From: Escherichia phage GEP001
DNA length: 64,000 nucleotides
Reading direction: 5' to 3' (one strand)
Sequence record: PV173775
Within the stretch, counting starts at the first letter, position 1, and each line of letters begins with the position of its first letter. Below, piece after piece: positions 51,523 through 64,000 of the stretch. The translations under genes and the position numbers were made by a program. Under the pieces are notes generated by a model. It did not search any database. It was given only the letters and a program-made list of their open reading frames with translations, and was not told the origin of the DNA.

Positions 51523-52701
51523 ATGTTTAAACGTAAATCTACTGCTGAACTCGCTGCACAAATGGCTAAACTGGCTGGAAATAAAGGTGGTTTTTCTTCT
51601 GAAGATAAAGGCGAGTGGAAACTGAAACTCGACAATGCGGGTAACGGTCAAGCAGTAATTCGTTTTCTTCCGTCTAAAAATGATGAACAAGCACCATTCG
51701 CAATTCTTGTAAATCACGGTTTCAAGAAAAATGGTAAATGGTATATTGAAAACTGTTCATCTACCCACGGTGATTACGATTCTTGTCCAGTATGTCAGTA
51801 CATCAGTAAAAATGATTTGTATAACACTGACAATAAAGAGTACGGTCTTGTTAAACGCAAAACTTCTTACTGGGCTAACATTCTTGTAGTAAAAGACCCA
51901 GCTGCTCCAGAAAATGAAGGTAAAGTATTTAAATACCGTTTCGGTAAGAAAATCTGGGATAAAATCAATGCAATGATTGCAGTTGATGTTGAAATGGGTG
52001 AAACTCCGGTTGATGTAACTTGTCCGTGGGAAGGTGCTAACTTTGTACTGAAAGTTAAACAAGTTTCTGGTTTTAGTAACTACGACGAATCTAAATTCCT
52101 GAATCAATCTGCGATTCCAAACATTGATGATGAATCTTTCCAGAAAGAACTGTTCGAACAAATGGTTGACCTTTCTGAAATGACTTCTAAAGATAAATTC
52201 AAATCGTTTGAAGAACTGAGCACTAAGTTCAGTCAAGTTATGGGAACTGCTGCTATGGGTGGTGCCGCAGCAACTGCCGCTAAGAAAGCTGATAAAGTTG
52301 CTGATGATTTGGATGCATTCAATGTTGATGACTTCAAAACAAAAACTGAAGATGATTTTATGAGCTCAAGTTCTGGCAGTTCATCTAGTGCTGATGACAC
52401 GGACCCCAAAGCATACTGTGGTACTATACAACTATCGGCAATACTGCTGATGATGATTAAAGAGGAAAATAACATGGCTAAAATTGATATTGATGTTGTT
52501 GATTTTGAATATATTGAAGAAATTATTCGTAATCGTTATCCTGAACTCCGTATCATAAGCGCACTAAATGATCCTAATTGCAATGTTTCAGTTGTTATTG
52601 AAGGTCCTTTAAATCGTCTTAAACAATTTATGATTAATGAATATTGTGACGGTATGGATGCTAAAGATGTAGAATTTTACACAGGATTTATTGAGCAGTA
52701 A
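51523..52701 (+). CDS. 32: gp32 ssDNA-binding protein, as encoded a 392-codon read-through ORF
   Basis: First 294 aa recognised as gp32 (zinc site, ...[14 protein letters not shown]); no stop follows and the frame continues into the 75-codon ORF beginning MAKIDIDVV. Confidence 0.85.
   Translation: MFKRKSTAELAAQMAKLAGNKGGFSSEDKGEWKLKLDNAGNGQAVIRFLPSKNDEQAPFAILVNHGFKKNGKWYIENCSSTHGDYDSCPVCQYISKNDLYNTDNKEYGLVKRKTSYWANILVVKDPAAPENEGKVFKYRFGKKIWDKINAMIAVDVEMGETPVDVTCPWEGANFVLKVKQVSGFSNYDESKFLNQSAIPNIDDESFQKELFEQMVDLSEMTSKDKFKSFEELSTKFSQVMGTAAMGGAAATAAKKADKVADDLDAFNVDDFKTKTEDDFMSSSSGSSSSADDTDPKAYCGTIQLSAILLMMIKEENNMAKIDIDVVDFEYIEEIIRNRYPELRIISALNDPNCNVSVVIEGPLNRLKQFMINEYCDGMDAKDVEFYTGFIEQ
52474..52701 (+). 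CDS. 75-codon ORF with its own RBS (AAGAGGA), in frame with gene 32
   Basis: [75 protein letters not shown]. Confidence 0.5.
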   Translation: MAKIDIDVVDFEYIEEIIRNRYPELRIISALNDPNCNVSVVIEGPLNRLKQFMINEYCDGMDAKDVEFYTGFIEQ

Positions 52702-52707
52702 TTATCA

Positions 52708-52725
52708 AGGGGCTATCAAGCCCCT
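52708..52725 (+). terminator. stem-loop aggggc-tatcaa-gcccct
   Basis: 6-bp GC stem; weak U tract. Confidence 0.4.
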
Positions 52726-52745
52726 ATTAAAATGAGGAAAAGAAA

Positions 52746-53111
52746 ATGTATATCGGTAAAAAGTATGAACTTGTTCCAAGACTTATTGATACATTTATTA
52801 ATTATCGTCCACGTTCTAATTCAGCAATAGTTAAAATTATTCAAGAAAATGGCGGATGGTTTGAAGTTAAAGAAGCTTTCTTTGTTGATGGATTTAGAGT
52901 AATAAAACACATTGAATGCGCAAATGGAAAGCATTTTTACTTTAACGTTTGCGAAGACGAATTTCATTGTTTTCGTGAGTATAAAGAACCGACTTTTGAA
53001 GAAGATGAAGTCGAAGACAAGGTTTCTGGCGTAACAAAAATTCACTGCATTGTAGATGAAAACAATGTAGACGAAATCATTGAACTTTTGCGAAAAACTT
53101 TCAAAAAGTAG
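52746..53111 (+). CDS. hypothetical protein (121 aa)
   Basis: Track ORF. Confidence 0.5.
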   Translation: MYIGKKYELVPRLIDTFINYRPRSNSAIVKIIQENGGWFEVKEAFFVDGFRVIKHIECANGKHFYFNVCEDEFHCFREYKEPTFEEDEVEDKVSGVTKIHCIVDENNVDEIIELLRKTFKK

Positions 53112-53140
53112 TTTACAGTAGGGTAGTAGTGTGATACTAT
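53111..53140 (+). promoter_or_regulatory. early promoter (GTTTAC, 18 bp, TACTAT)
   Basis: gtttacagtagggtagtagtgtgatactat. Confidence 0.6.
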
Positions 53141-53165
53141 TACCCTATCAACTAAGGAGAATAAA

Positions 53166-53408
53166 ATGAGATTACAACGCCAGAGCATCAAAGATTCGGA
53201 AGTTAGAGGTAAATGGTATTTTAATATCATCGGTAAAGATTCTGAACTTGTTGAAAAAGCTGAACAACTTTTACGTGATATGGGATGGGAAGATGAATGC
53301 GATGGATGCCCTCTTTATGAGGATGGAGAAAGCGCAGGATTCTGGATTTACCATTCTGACGTCAATCAGTTTAAAGCTGATTGGAAAATTGTGAAAAAGT
53401 CTGTTTGA
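53166..53408 (+). CDS. hypothetical protein (80 aa)
   Basis: Track ORF. Confidence 0.5.
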   Translation: MRLQRQSIKDSEVRGKWYFNIIGKDSELVEKAEQLLRDMGWEDECDGCPLYEDGESAGFWIYHSDVNQFKADWKIVKKSV

Positions 53409-53418
53409 GGAAAATATT

Positions 53419-53754
53419 ATGTCTGACATTCACGTAACTGGAATTGCCCAAGTAAATATCCGCTGCCAATTTAAAACTGTACCTGGGGTGACTCATATTA
53501 CTTTATCACACGACCCATATTCTCGTGGAAGACAGTTAACTGGCGTAATTAAGTTTTTTGGTGGAATTGGCGGAAACGAATTTACTATAGGCGATGACGA
53601 AATTGTTGGCTGTAAATTAAAAGTTCAGAAGGGCGTGTTAGAACTTTTTAGTGATGAAGTTTTTGATGAAATTTCACAAGCAGTTAATAAAGGAATGTTA
53701 ACGTTAATTAAAATGATTAAAGCTAGTGGATATGTTCCCGATCCTTTATATTAG
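53419..53754 (+). CDS. hypothetical protein (111 aa)
   Basis: Track ORF. Confidence 0.5.
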   Translation: MSDIHVTGIAQVNIRCQFKTVPGVTHITLSHDPYSRGRQLTGVIKFFGGIGGNEFTIGDDEIVGCKLKVQKGVLELFSDEVFDEISQAVNKGMLTLIKMIKASGYVPDPLY

Positions 53755-53762
53755 GAGATAAT

Positions 53763-54005
53763 ATGATTTTTGTTTTTGAATTTATGAATGATGAATTTGA
53801 TTATGCAATTTTTAACGCATTGCATAATCCTGATTTAAATGAATTTAATGAAATGTTTTCTGACGCTTTGAGTATGTCAGAAGAATACTGTGGAGAATGT
53901 CAACGTGTTTGCGTGACAGTCTTTGAAAACAAAGAAAAGACATATGAAGAATTATTCTTTGATGCTAATAAAGCCACTGAATGGTTTATTGAAAGGGGGT
54001 TTTGA
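53763..54005 (+). CDS. hypothetical protein (80 aa)
   Basis: Track ORF. Confidence 0.5.
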   Translation: MIFVFEFMNDEFDYAIFNALHNPDLNEFNEMFSDALSMSEEYCGECQRVCVTVFENKEKTYEELFFDANKATEWFIERGF

Positions 54006-54593
<588 letters not shown>

Positions 54594-54613
54594 AATAACA
54601 CGTGGCGGAAAAT

Positions 54614-54961
54614 ATGAATTTTAATTACTACCCTATTCTATTAGAAAAAGACGCGAAACAACCAAAATGGCAGGGTCCTCAGTTTATTAAAGGTGTCTAT
54701 CAATTAGTAGTTCCTAAAGACAAAATTTATAGCAGTTGTTTCACTGAATCCGCTTGTAGTATTTTTGGTAATAATTCTCCGTATTGGAATTTTGATATAA
54801 AGCTTGACAGAAATATCGATATTTGGTTGAAAGCTATGGATATCGGCAATATCACGTTTGATGAGAATAATTATCATATTATTGGTCGCTTTTCCAAGCG
54901 TGGTAAAGAATTGTATTTTACGCCTGAAATTGAAAGAAAATTTGATGCTAAACCGTATTGA
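54614..54961 (+). CDS. hypothetical protein (115 aa from ATG; 119 from GTG at 54602) between frd and td
   Basis: Track ORF; sequence not recognised. Confidence 0.5.
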   Translation: MNFNYYPILLEKDAKQPKWQGPQFIKGVYQLVVPKDKIYSSCFTESACSIFGNNSPYWNFDIKLDRNIDIWLKAMDIGNITFDENNYHIIGRFSKRGKELYFTPEIERKFDAKPY

Positions 54962-55006
54962 TTATTTAGCTTCATAAAATGTATTATAATTTATATAAGG
55001 TACTAA

Positions 55007-55867
55007 ATGAAACAATACCAAGATTTAATTAAAGACATTTTTGAAAATGGCTATGAAACCGATGACCGAACAGGCACAGGAACAATTGCTTTGTTCGGTA
55101 CTAAATCACGCTGGGATTTAACTAAAGGTTTTCCTGCAGTAACGACTAAGAAACTCGCTTGGAAAGCTTGCATCGCTGAGCTAATATGGTTTTTATCAGG
55201 AAGCACAAATGTCAATGATTTGCGTTTAATTCAGCATGATTCATTAATTCAAGGCAAAACAGTCTGGGATGAAAATTACGAAAATCAAGCAAAAGATTTA
55301 GGATATCATAGTGGTGAACTTGGTCCAATTTATGGAAAACAGTGGCGTGATTTTGGCGGTGTAGACCAAATTGTAGAAGTTGTTGATCGTATTAAAAAAC
55401 TGCCAAATGATAGACGTCAAATTGTTTCAGCATGGAATCCAGCTGAACTTAAATATATGGCATTACCGCCTTGTCATATGTTCTATCAGTTTAATGTGCG
55501 TAATGGCTATTTGGATTTGCAGTGGTATCAAAGAAGTGTTGACGTGTTCTTGGGCTTGCCATTCAACATTGCATCATATGCTGCATTAGTTCATATTGTA
55601 GCTAAGATGTGTAATCTTATTCCAGGAGATTTGATATTTTCTGGTGGTAATACTCATATCTATATGAATCACGTGGAACAATGTAAAGAAATTTTACGTC
55701 GTGAACCTAAAGAGCTTTGTGAACTGGTAATAGGCGGATTGCCTTATAAATTCCGCTATCTTTCTACTAAAGAACAATTGGAATACATTCTTAAACTCAG
55801 GCCTAAAGATTTCGTTCTTAAAGGTTACGAATCACACCCTCCTATTAAAGGAAAAATGGCGGTGTAA
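55007..55867 (+). CDS. td: thymidylate synthase Td (uninterrupted)
   Basis: 286 aa continuous ORF with TS active-site region (PPCH); no intron. Confidence 0.95.
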   Translation: MKQYQDLIKDIFENGYETDDRTGTGTIALFGTKSRWDLTKGFPAVTTKKLAWKACIAELIWFLSGSTNVNDLRLIQHDSLIQGKTVWDENYENQAKDLGYHSGELGPIYGKQWRDFGGVDQIVEVVDRIKKLPNDRRQIVSAWNPAELKYMALPPCHMFYQFNVRNGYLDLQWYQRSVDVFLGLPFNIASYAALVHIVAKMCNLIPGDLIFSGGNTHIYMNHVEQCKEILRREPKELCELVIGGLPYKFRYLSTKEQLEYILKLRPKDFVLKGYESHPPIKGKMAV

Positions 55868-55890
55868 TTAATTATTAATTGTGAGGATAT

Positions 55891-56154
55891 ATGATTTTAC
55901 GATTTAAAGATACTTCTGGTGTAGTTCTTTTTACACTTCCTAACCCAAGCGAATTAGAAGTTCCAGGACCAAATCAGCCTATTATCATTTACGGCAAAAA
56001 ATATTATACTCATAAAATGACTCGTGAGTATTTTGATAATAAAATTTCTACAGTTAAAACTTCTTCAGATTGTTACTATGATATTACTGTTTTAACGGAA
56101 AAACAATATGACGAATTATTACCGCGCGGGCCGTCTATGCCAAGTAGTGAATAA
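55891..56154 (+). CDS. hypothetical protein (87 aa)
   Basis: Track ORF. Confidence 0.5.
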   Translation: MILRFKDTSGVVLFTLPNPSELEVPGPNQPIIIYGKKYYTHKMTREYFDNKISTVKTSSDCYYDITVLTEKQYDELLPRGPSMPSSE

Positions 56155-56434
56155 ATATAAATCCGACTTTGATGTTAATATTCACCGTGGTACATTTTGG
56201 GGAAATTACGTCGGTAAAGATGCTGGCAGCCGGGAGGCTGCCATTGAATTATTCAAAAAAGATTTTATACGTCGAATTAAATCCGGAGAAATAACTAAAG
56301 CACATTTAGAGCCTTTACGTGGAATGAGGCTAGGATGCACATGTAAACCAAAGCCGTGTCATGGTGATATAATAGCTCATATAGTTAACCGATTGTTTAA
56401 AGACGATTTTCAAGTTGAGGACTTATGCAATTAA
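56108..56434 (+). CDS. hypothetical protein (108 aa) with C-x-C-x5-C-H cluster
   Basis: [12 protein letters not shown] motif; overlaps neighbours out of frame. Confidence 0.5.
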   Translation: MTNYYRAGRLCQVVNKYKSDFDVNIHRGTFWGNYVGKDAGSREAAIELFKKDFIRRIKSGEITKAHLEPLRGMRLGCTCKPKPCHGDIIAHIVNRLFKDDFQVEDLCN

Positions 56435-58689
56435 TTAATGTTATCAAAAGTAGTGGTGTTTCTCAAAGCTTTGACCCGCAAAAAATTATTAAAGTTTTAT
56501 CTTGGGCAGCTGAAGGAACATCTGTAGATCCTTATGAATTATATGAAAATATTAAATCATATCTCCGTGATGGAATGACCACTGATGACATTCAAACCAT
56601 TGTAATTAAGGCTGCTGCGAATTCTATTTCAGTTGAAGAGCCTGATTACCAATATGTAGCTGCACGCTGTTTAATGTTTGCTCTTCGTAAGCATGTTTAC
56701 GGGCAATATGAACCACGTTCATTTATTGACCATATTTCTTACTGTGTAAATGAAGGTAAATATGACCCTGAATTGTTGTCAAAATATTCAGCAGAAGAAA
56801 TTACATTTTTAGAATCAAAAATTAAGCATGAGCGGGATATGGAATTTACTTATTCCGGAGCGATGCAATTAAAAGAAAAATATCTAGTTAAAGATAAAAC
56901 CACTGGTCAAATTTATGAAACTCCACAGTTTGCATTTATGACTATTGGAATGGCATTGCATCAAGATGAACCTGTTGACAGATTAAAACACGTTATCCGT
57001 TTTTATGAAGCAGTATCCACTCGACAGATTTCATTGCCAACTCCTATTATGGCTGGATGTCGTACTCCAACTCGGCAATTTAGTTCATGTGTTGTTATTG
57101 AGGCAGGTGATTCGCTGAAGTCTATCAATAAGGCTTCTGCTTCAATTGTTGAATATATCTCCAAACGAGCTGGAATCGGCATTAACGTTGGTATGATTCG
57201 TGCCGAAGGTTCTAAGATTGGCACAGGTGAAGTACGCCATACTGGTGTTATTCCTTTTTGGAAACATTTTCAGACTGCTGTTAAATCATGTTCACAGGGC
57301 GGAATTCGTGGCGGCGCTGCTACTGCTTATTATCCTATTTGGCATTTGGAAGTTGAAAATCTTCTCGTTTTGAAAAATAACAAAGGTGTAGAAGAAAACC
57401 GTATCCGTCATATGGATTATGGCGTCCAGCTGAATAACCTAATGATGGAACGTTTTGGAAAGAACGACTACATTACTTTGTTCAGTCCGCATGAAATGGG
57501 TGGCGAGCTTTATTATTCTTATTTTAAAGACCAAAACCGTTTCCGCGAATTATACGAAGCAGCAGAAAAAGACCCTAATATTCGCAAAAAGCGTATTAAA
57601 GCCCGTGAACTATTTGAATTACTCATGACTGAACGATCAGGAACAGCAAGGATTTATGTGCAGTTCATTGATAATACGAATAATTATACTCCGTTTATTC
57701 GTGAAAAGGCACCTATTCGTCAGAGTAACTTGTGTTGTGAAATTGCTATTCCAACAAATGATGTGAATAGTCCTGATGCCGAAATTGGATTGTGTACGTT
57801 ATCTGCATTTGTGTTGGATAACTTCGATTGGCAAGACCAAGATAAAATTAATGAATTAGCAGAAGTTCAAGTTCGCGCTCTTGATAATCTTTTGGATTAC
57901 CAAGGATATCCAGTTCCTGAAGCAGAAAAAGCTAAAAAGCGTCGAAATCTTGGTGTAGGTGTTACCAACTATGCAGCTTGGCTGGCAAGTAACTTTGCTT
58001 CTTATGAAGATGCTAACGATTTAACACATGAACTATTTGAGAGATTACAGTATGGACTCATTAAAGCATCCATTAAGCTCGCCAAAGAAAAAGGACCTTG
58101 CGAATATTATTCAGACACTCGTTGGTCTCGAGGCGAATTACCTATCGACTGGTACAATAAAAAGATTGACCAAATCGCAGCTCCAAAATACGTTTGTGAC
58201 TGGTCGTCGCTGCGGGAAGACCTTAAGCTCTTTGGCATCCGTAATAGCACATTATCAGCACTTATGCCATGTGAGTCATCTTCCCAAGTTTCTAACAGTA
58301 CAAACGGTATCGAGCCTCCACGTGGACCAGTCTCTGTTAAAGAGTCAAAAGAGGGCTCCTTTAATCAAGTCGTGCCCAATATTGAGCATAACATAGACCT
58401 ATATGATTATACATGGAAATTAGCTAAGAAAGGTAATAAACCTTATCTTACGCAGGTAGCTATTATGCTTAAATGGGTATGTCAATCAGCTTCAGCGAAT
58501 ACATATTATGACCCGCAGATTTTTCCAAAAGGAAAGGTTCCAATGTCTGTAATGATTGATGACCTTTTGTACTTTTGGTATTTTGGCGGAAAAAATTTCT
58601 ATTATCATAATACCCGCGACGGTTCTGGTACTGATGATTATGAAATAGAAACTCCAAAAGCTGAAGATTGTTCATCCTGTAAATTATGA
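56425..58689 (+). CDS. nrdA: ribonucleotide reductase large subunit NrdA
   Basis: 754 aa; N-terminal ATP-cone; recognised as T4 NrdA. Confidence 0.95.
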   Translation: MQLINVIKSSGVSQSFDPQKIIKVLSWAAEGTSVDPYELYENIKSYLRDGMTTDDIQTIVIKAAANSISVEEPDYQYVAARCLMFALRKHVYGQYEPRSFIDHISYCVNEGKYDPELLSKYSAEEITFLESKIKHERDMEFTYSGAMQLKEKYLVKDKTTGQIYETPQFAFMTIGMALHQDEPVDRLKHVIRFYEAVSTRQISLPTPIMAGCRTPTRQFSSCVVIEAGDSLKSINKASASIVEYISKRAGIGINVGMIRAEGSKIGTGEVRHTGVIPFWKHFQTAVKSCSQGGIRGGAATAYYPIWHLEVENLLVLKNNKGVEENRIRHMDYGVQLNNLMMERFGKNDYITLFSPHEMGGELYYSYFKDQNRFRELYEAAEKDPNIRKKRIKARELFELLMTERSGTARIYVQFIDNTNNYTPFIREKAPIRQSNLCCEIAIPTNDVNSPDAEIGLCTLSAFVLDNFDWQDQDKINELAEVQVRALDNLLDYQGYPVPEAEKAKKRRNLGVGVTNYAAWLASNFASYEDANDLTHELFERLQYGLIKASIKLAKEKGPCEYYSDTRWSRGELPIDWYNKKIDQIAAPKYVCDWSSLREDLKLFGIRNSTLSALMPCESSSQVSNSTNGIEPPRGPVSVKESKEGSFNQVVPNIEHNIDLYDYTWKLAKKGNKPYLTQVAIMLKWVCQSASANTYYDPQIFPKGKVPMSVMIDDLLYFWYFGGKNFYYHNTRDGSGTDDYEIETPKAEDCSSCKL

Positions 58690-58740
58690 TATAATTTGAC
58701 TCACGGACGAGTCACTATCTATTAACTAAGCGGAAAATTT

Positions 58741-59919
58741 ATGAGCACAGTTTTTAATACAAATCCAGTTGATGTTTTAAAAGAACCTATGTTCTTCGGT
58801 TCAGGTCTTGGTATTGCGCGTTATGATATTCAACGTCATAAAGTTTTTGAAGATTTAACCGAAAAGCAGTTGTCATTTTTCTGGCGTCCTGAAGAAGTAA
58901 ACTTAATGATGGATGCTGCACAATTTAACAAGCTTCCTCAATATCAGCAAGATATTTTTACTAATAATCTGAAGTATCAATCACTTCTAGATAGCATTCA
59001 GGGTCGTGCGCCATCTGCTGTACTTATGTCATTAATTTCAGACCCAAGTCTTGATACATGGGTTGCTACATGGACTTTTAGTGAAACTATTCACAGTCGT
59101 TCATATACTCATATCATGCGAAATCTTTATACTGATCCATCGAAGGTATTTGATGAGATTGTACTAGATGAAGCTATCATGAAACGTGCTGAATCTATCG
59201 GTCGCTATTATGATGATGTTCTGACTAAAACCCGTGAATGGGAAAATGCTAAAGAATTTACAGAACTAGCTAAAGAATCTCCTGATGCTGTTTTTCGTTT
59301 AAATCGAGCTATTAAACAAGAAGCCGAAGCTAAACGAGCACTAATGAAATCTCTTTACCTCTGTTTGCACGTTATTAATGCCTTAGAAGCTATTCGTTTT
59401 TATGTATCTTTTGCATGTACCTTTAACTTCCATAAGAACATGGAAATCATGGAAGGTAATGCCAAGATTATGAAGTTCATTGCACGTGATGAGCAGCTTC
59501 ACCTTAAAGGCACCCAATATATTATTCGTCAACTTCAATCCGGTACTGATGGCGATGAATGGGTTAAAATTGCTCAAGAGTGTGAACAAGAAGCAGTTGA
59601 TATTTTCATGGAAGTTAACCGCCAAGAAAAAGATTGGGCAGTTCATTTATTTAAAGATGGCGATGTTCCTGGATTAAATACAAATAGCATGTGGAGCTTT
59701 ATTGATTACTTAACTGTATCTCGTATGAAACAGTGTGGTCTTCCATGCCCAATTACCGATGCTCCGGTTAAACATCCATATCCTTGGATTCGTGAATACC
59801 TTAATTCTGATAATGTTCAATCCGCGCCACAAGAAGTAGAACTGTCATCTTACCTTGTTGCACAGATTGATAATGATGTTGATGATAAAGTTATGATGAG
59901 TTTTAAAAAATACTTTTAA
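58741..59919 (+). CDS. nrdB: ribonucleotide reductase small subunit NrdB (uninterrupted)
   Basis: 392 aa continuous ORF; di-iron motifs; no intron. Confidence 0.95.
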   Translation: MSTVFNTNPVDVLKEPMFFGSGLGIARYDIQRHKVFEDLTEKQLSFFWRPEEVNLMMDAAQFNKLPQYQQDIFTNNLKYQSLLDSIQGRAPSAVLMSLISDPSLDTWVATWTFSETIHSRSYTHIMRNLYTDPSKVFDEIVLDEAIMKRAESIGRYYDDVLTKTREWENAKEFTELAKESPDAVFRLNRAIKQEAEAKRALMKSLYLCLHVINALEAIRFYVSFACTFNFHKNMEIMEGNAKIMKFIARDEQLHLKGTQYIIRQLQSGTDGDEWVKIAQECEQEAVDIFMEVNRQEKDWAVHLFKDGDVPGLNTNSMWSFIDYLTVSRMKQCGLPCPITDAPVKHPYPWIREYLNSDNVQSAPQEVELSSYLVAQIDNDVDDKVMMSFKKYF

Positions 59920-59923
59920 GGAG

Positions 59924-59946
59924 TGGGCCGCAAGGCCCATTTTATT
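59924..59946 (+). terminator. intrinsic terminator tgggcc-gcaa-ggccca + TTTTATT
   Basis: Read directly from sequence after nrdB stop. Confidence 0.75.
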
Positions 59947-61534
<1,588 letters not shown>

Positions 61535-61537
61535 GCT

Positions 61538-61567
61538 GTTTACAAGTCCCTCGTGTTGTGTTATAGT
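61538..61567 (+). promoter_or_regulatory. early promoter (GTTTAC, 18 bp, TATAGT)
   Basis: gtttacaagtccctcgtgttgtgttatagt. Confidence 0.55.
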
Positions 61568-61598
61568 AGACTTACTGACATAACATGAGGACTTTATG

Positions 61599-62102
61599 AT
61601 GGATTTACAGCTTATTACTACTGAAATGGTCGTTGAAGCATACGGTGATACTACAGATGGGATTTCTGTATTTAAAGGAAATCGTCGAGTTGGATATATC
61701 ACCGATCTTAAGAAAGATTTAGCTAAGCAAGTCAAGCGGAAAACGACCATCAAAGAATATCGAAATCGTCGTCTTGAGCAAGCCCGTGATATGCTTCCTG
61801 ACGCAGTTGAGGAGATGAAAGTCTTTTTAGAAAATCAGCTTGCGAAATATGATTGTGATGTGTTCATTAATCAGACTCAACCTAATGTTCATATTAACAA
61901 CTGTAAATGCTACATCATCGTTAATCCTTTGACGGGAAAACATCGTCTTGGAATTAGTAATCCAAATCGTAGTGCATCAGATATGGCAGAAGATGTTGAG
62001 GCATGCTTTAAAATTTCTAAATCTCCGGCTGAACATCATATTTTAATTAACGGTCTTTCTCAAGACGATATTGTAGAGGTTATTAAAACTTTATGCATGT
62101 AA
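61599..62102 (+). CDS. alc: Alc (blocks host transcription on cytosine DNA)
   Basis: 167 aa from second Met; position between rnlA and pseT as in T4. Confidence 0.7.
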   Translation: MDLQLITTEMVVEAYGDTTDGISVFKGNRRVGYITDLKKDLAKQVKRKTTIKEYRNRRLEQARDMLPDAVEEMKVFLENQLAKYDCDVFINQTQPNVHINNCKCYIIVNPLTGKHRLGISNPNRSASDMAEDVEACFKISKSPAEHHILINGLSQDDIVEVIKTLCM

Positions 62103-62446
62103 GTAATTTTACAGCTGGATTGCTATTACTTGTAATAGCATTTGGCGGAACATCTATTATTTTAAAAAATAAGGTAGAAAGATTAGAAACATCGGTTACT
62201 GAAATTACAAAAACGGCCAATGAAAACGCTTTAGCATTAGATAATTTGCGAATTCAGTATAATTATATTGATGCGATGAATAATAAAAATCGTGAGGCAA
62301 TTGCTGCTATTGAGCGTGAAAATGAAAAACTGCGCAAAGATGCAAAGAAGGCGGATGTGGTGGCTCATAAGCCAGGATTGGTTGAAAAACAAATCAACAA
62401 CTCCTTCAACAAGTTCGCAGAAGACATCCAGGACCTTTCTAAATGA
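62093..62446 (+). CDS. hypothetical membrane-anchored protein (117 aa)
   Basis: N-terminal hydrophobic segment. Confidence 0.5.
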   Translation: MHVSNFTAGLLLLVIAFGGTSIILKNKVERLETSVTEITKTANENALALDNLRIQYNYIDAMNNKNREAIAAIERENEKLRKDAKKADVVAHKPGLVEKQINNSFNKFAEDIQDLSK

Positions 62447-62742
62447 TTAAACTATCAGCAGTAATATTATCTATTGGTCTTCTAGTTGGTTGTTCGACAA
62501 AGCCTCTAGAAGTAAAGAAAGAAACAGTTCATCCTAATTGGCCTGTGCAAATAAAGTCATATGATGAAGCTAAACTATCCTGGCAAGTTAAAGTTATTGA
62601 TGGTAAAGCTTGGGTTGGTATGCCATTCGAAGATTCCCAGGAATTTCGTATTTGGCTTAATGATGTAAAACGATATGTACATGATCAGAAAACTATGATA
62701 TGTTATTATCGTCAAGAGCTAAAAGAGGATAAATGCAAATGA
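62443..62742 (+). CDS. lipoprotein (99 aa)
   Basis: MIKLSAVILSIGLLVGC signal peptide with lipobox. Confidence 0.55.
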   Translation: MIKLSAVILSIGLLVGCSTKPLEVKKETVHPNWPVQIKSYDEAKLSWQVKVIDGKAWVGMPFEDSQEFRIWLNDVKRYVHDQKTMICYYRQELKEDKCK

Positions 62743-62965
62743 TTTCATGGCATCAATTTGAACATCTCAAAGGATTGATTTATGAATCCGAAATGGCTGC
62801 AATGATTTATGGACGCCAGATTCAACGATTAGAATCTTTACCTCCAACTAATGATGTTTTATTAGCTCAATCTCGGGCTAATCTTAAAAATGAATACCAA
62901 AATAAGTGGGGTAAAGCATCTAAAGACCTGCATGATTATATTCAATCATTGGTTGAGAAAAATAA

Positions 62966-62969
<4 letters not shown>
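62733..62969 (+). CDS. hypothetical protein (78 aa)
   Basis: Track ORF. Confidence 0.5.

Positions 62970-64000
<1,031 letters not shown>

Noticed and set aside
51757-52475. Minus-strand ORFs of 159 and 80 codons antisense to gene 32
   Set aside because: Embedded in the gene 32 coding sequence; no translation signals.
55007-59919. Searched for group I introns or homing endonuclease genes in td and nrdB
   Set aside because: Both genes are single uninterrupted ORFs of the expected length; no intron-like insert or endonuclease ORF is present.

Overview
This window is a near-contiguous stretch of a T-even (T4-like, Tequatrovirus) phage genome, read opposite to the conventional T4 coordinate direction. 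All identifications were made by reading the translated ORFs and the DNA by eye against recalled T4-family proteins; no database search or computation was run. The plus strand carries the early/middle region: 62(partial)-regA-43-imm-42-glucosyltransferase-uvsX-40-41-dmd-sp-61-dam-56-soc-mrh-modB-modA-srd-dda-dexA-motB-39-rIIA-rIIB-denB-ndd-stp-ac-52-motA-arn-asiA. A convergent late module on the minus strand follows (t, 38, 37, 36, 35, 34), then the plus strand resumes with rnh-dsbA-33-59-32-frd-td-nrdA-nrdB-denA-rnlA(63)-alc-pseT(partial). The phage looks T2/T6-like rather than T4 itself: gene 39 is a single 605-codon ORF with no separate gene 60, td and nrdB are intron-free, no homing-endonuclease genes are seen, gp38 is a 262-aa glycine-rich adhesin, and a 280-aa DxD glycosyltransferase occupies the T4 beta-gt position. 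Many sigma70-type early promoters (GTTTAC, about 18 bp, TATAAT-like), several late promoters (TATAAATA) and UUCG-tetraloop terminators are visible. The most unusual observations are: (1) the gene 32 ORF has no stop after ...SSSSADDTD and runs in frame into a downstream 75-codon ORF, with a 31-bp exact copy of the motA-upstream element at the junction; (2) an insertion-like module between primase 61 and dam, holding an antisense small membrane ORF with a strong Shine-Dalgarno and a 186-aa ORF with a PD-(D/E)xK-like motif translationally coupled (TAATG) to Dam; (3) early promoters whose -10 element sits in the loop of perfect inverted repeats with different sequences but conserved pairing. No rRNA, tRNA or CRISPR array was found.
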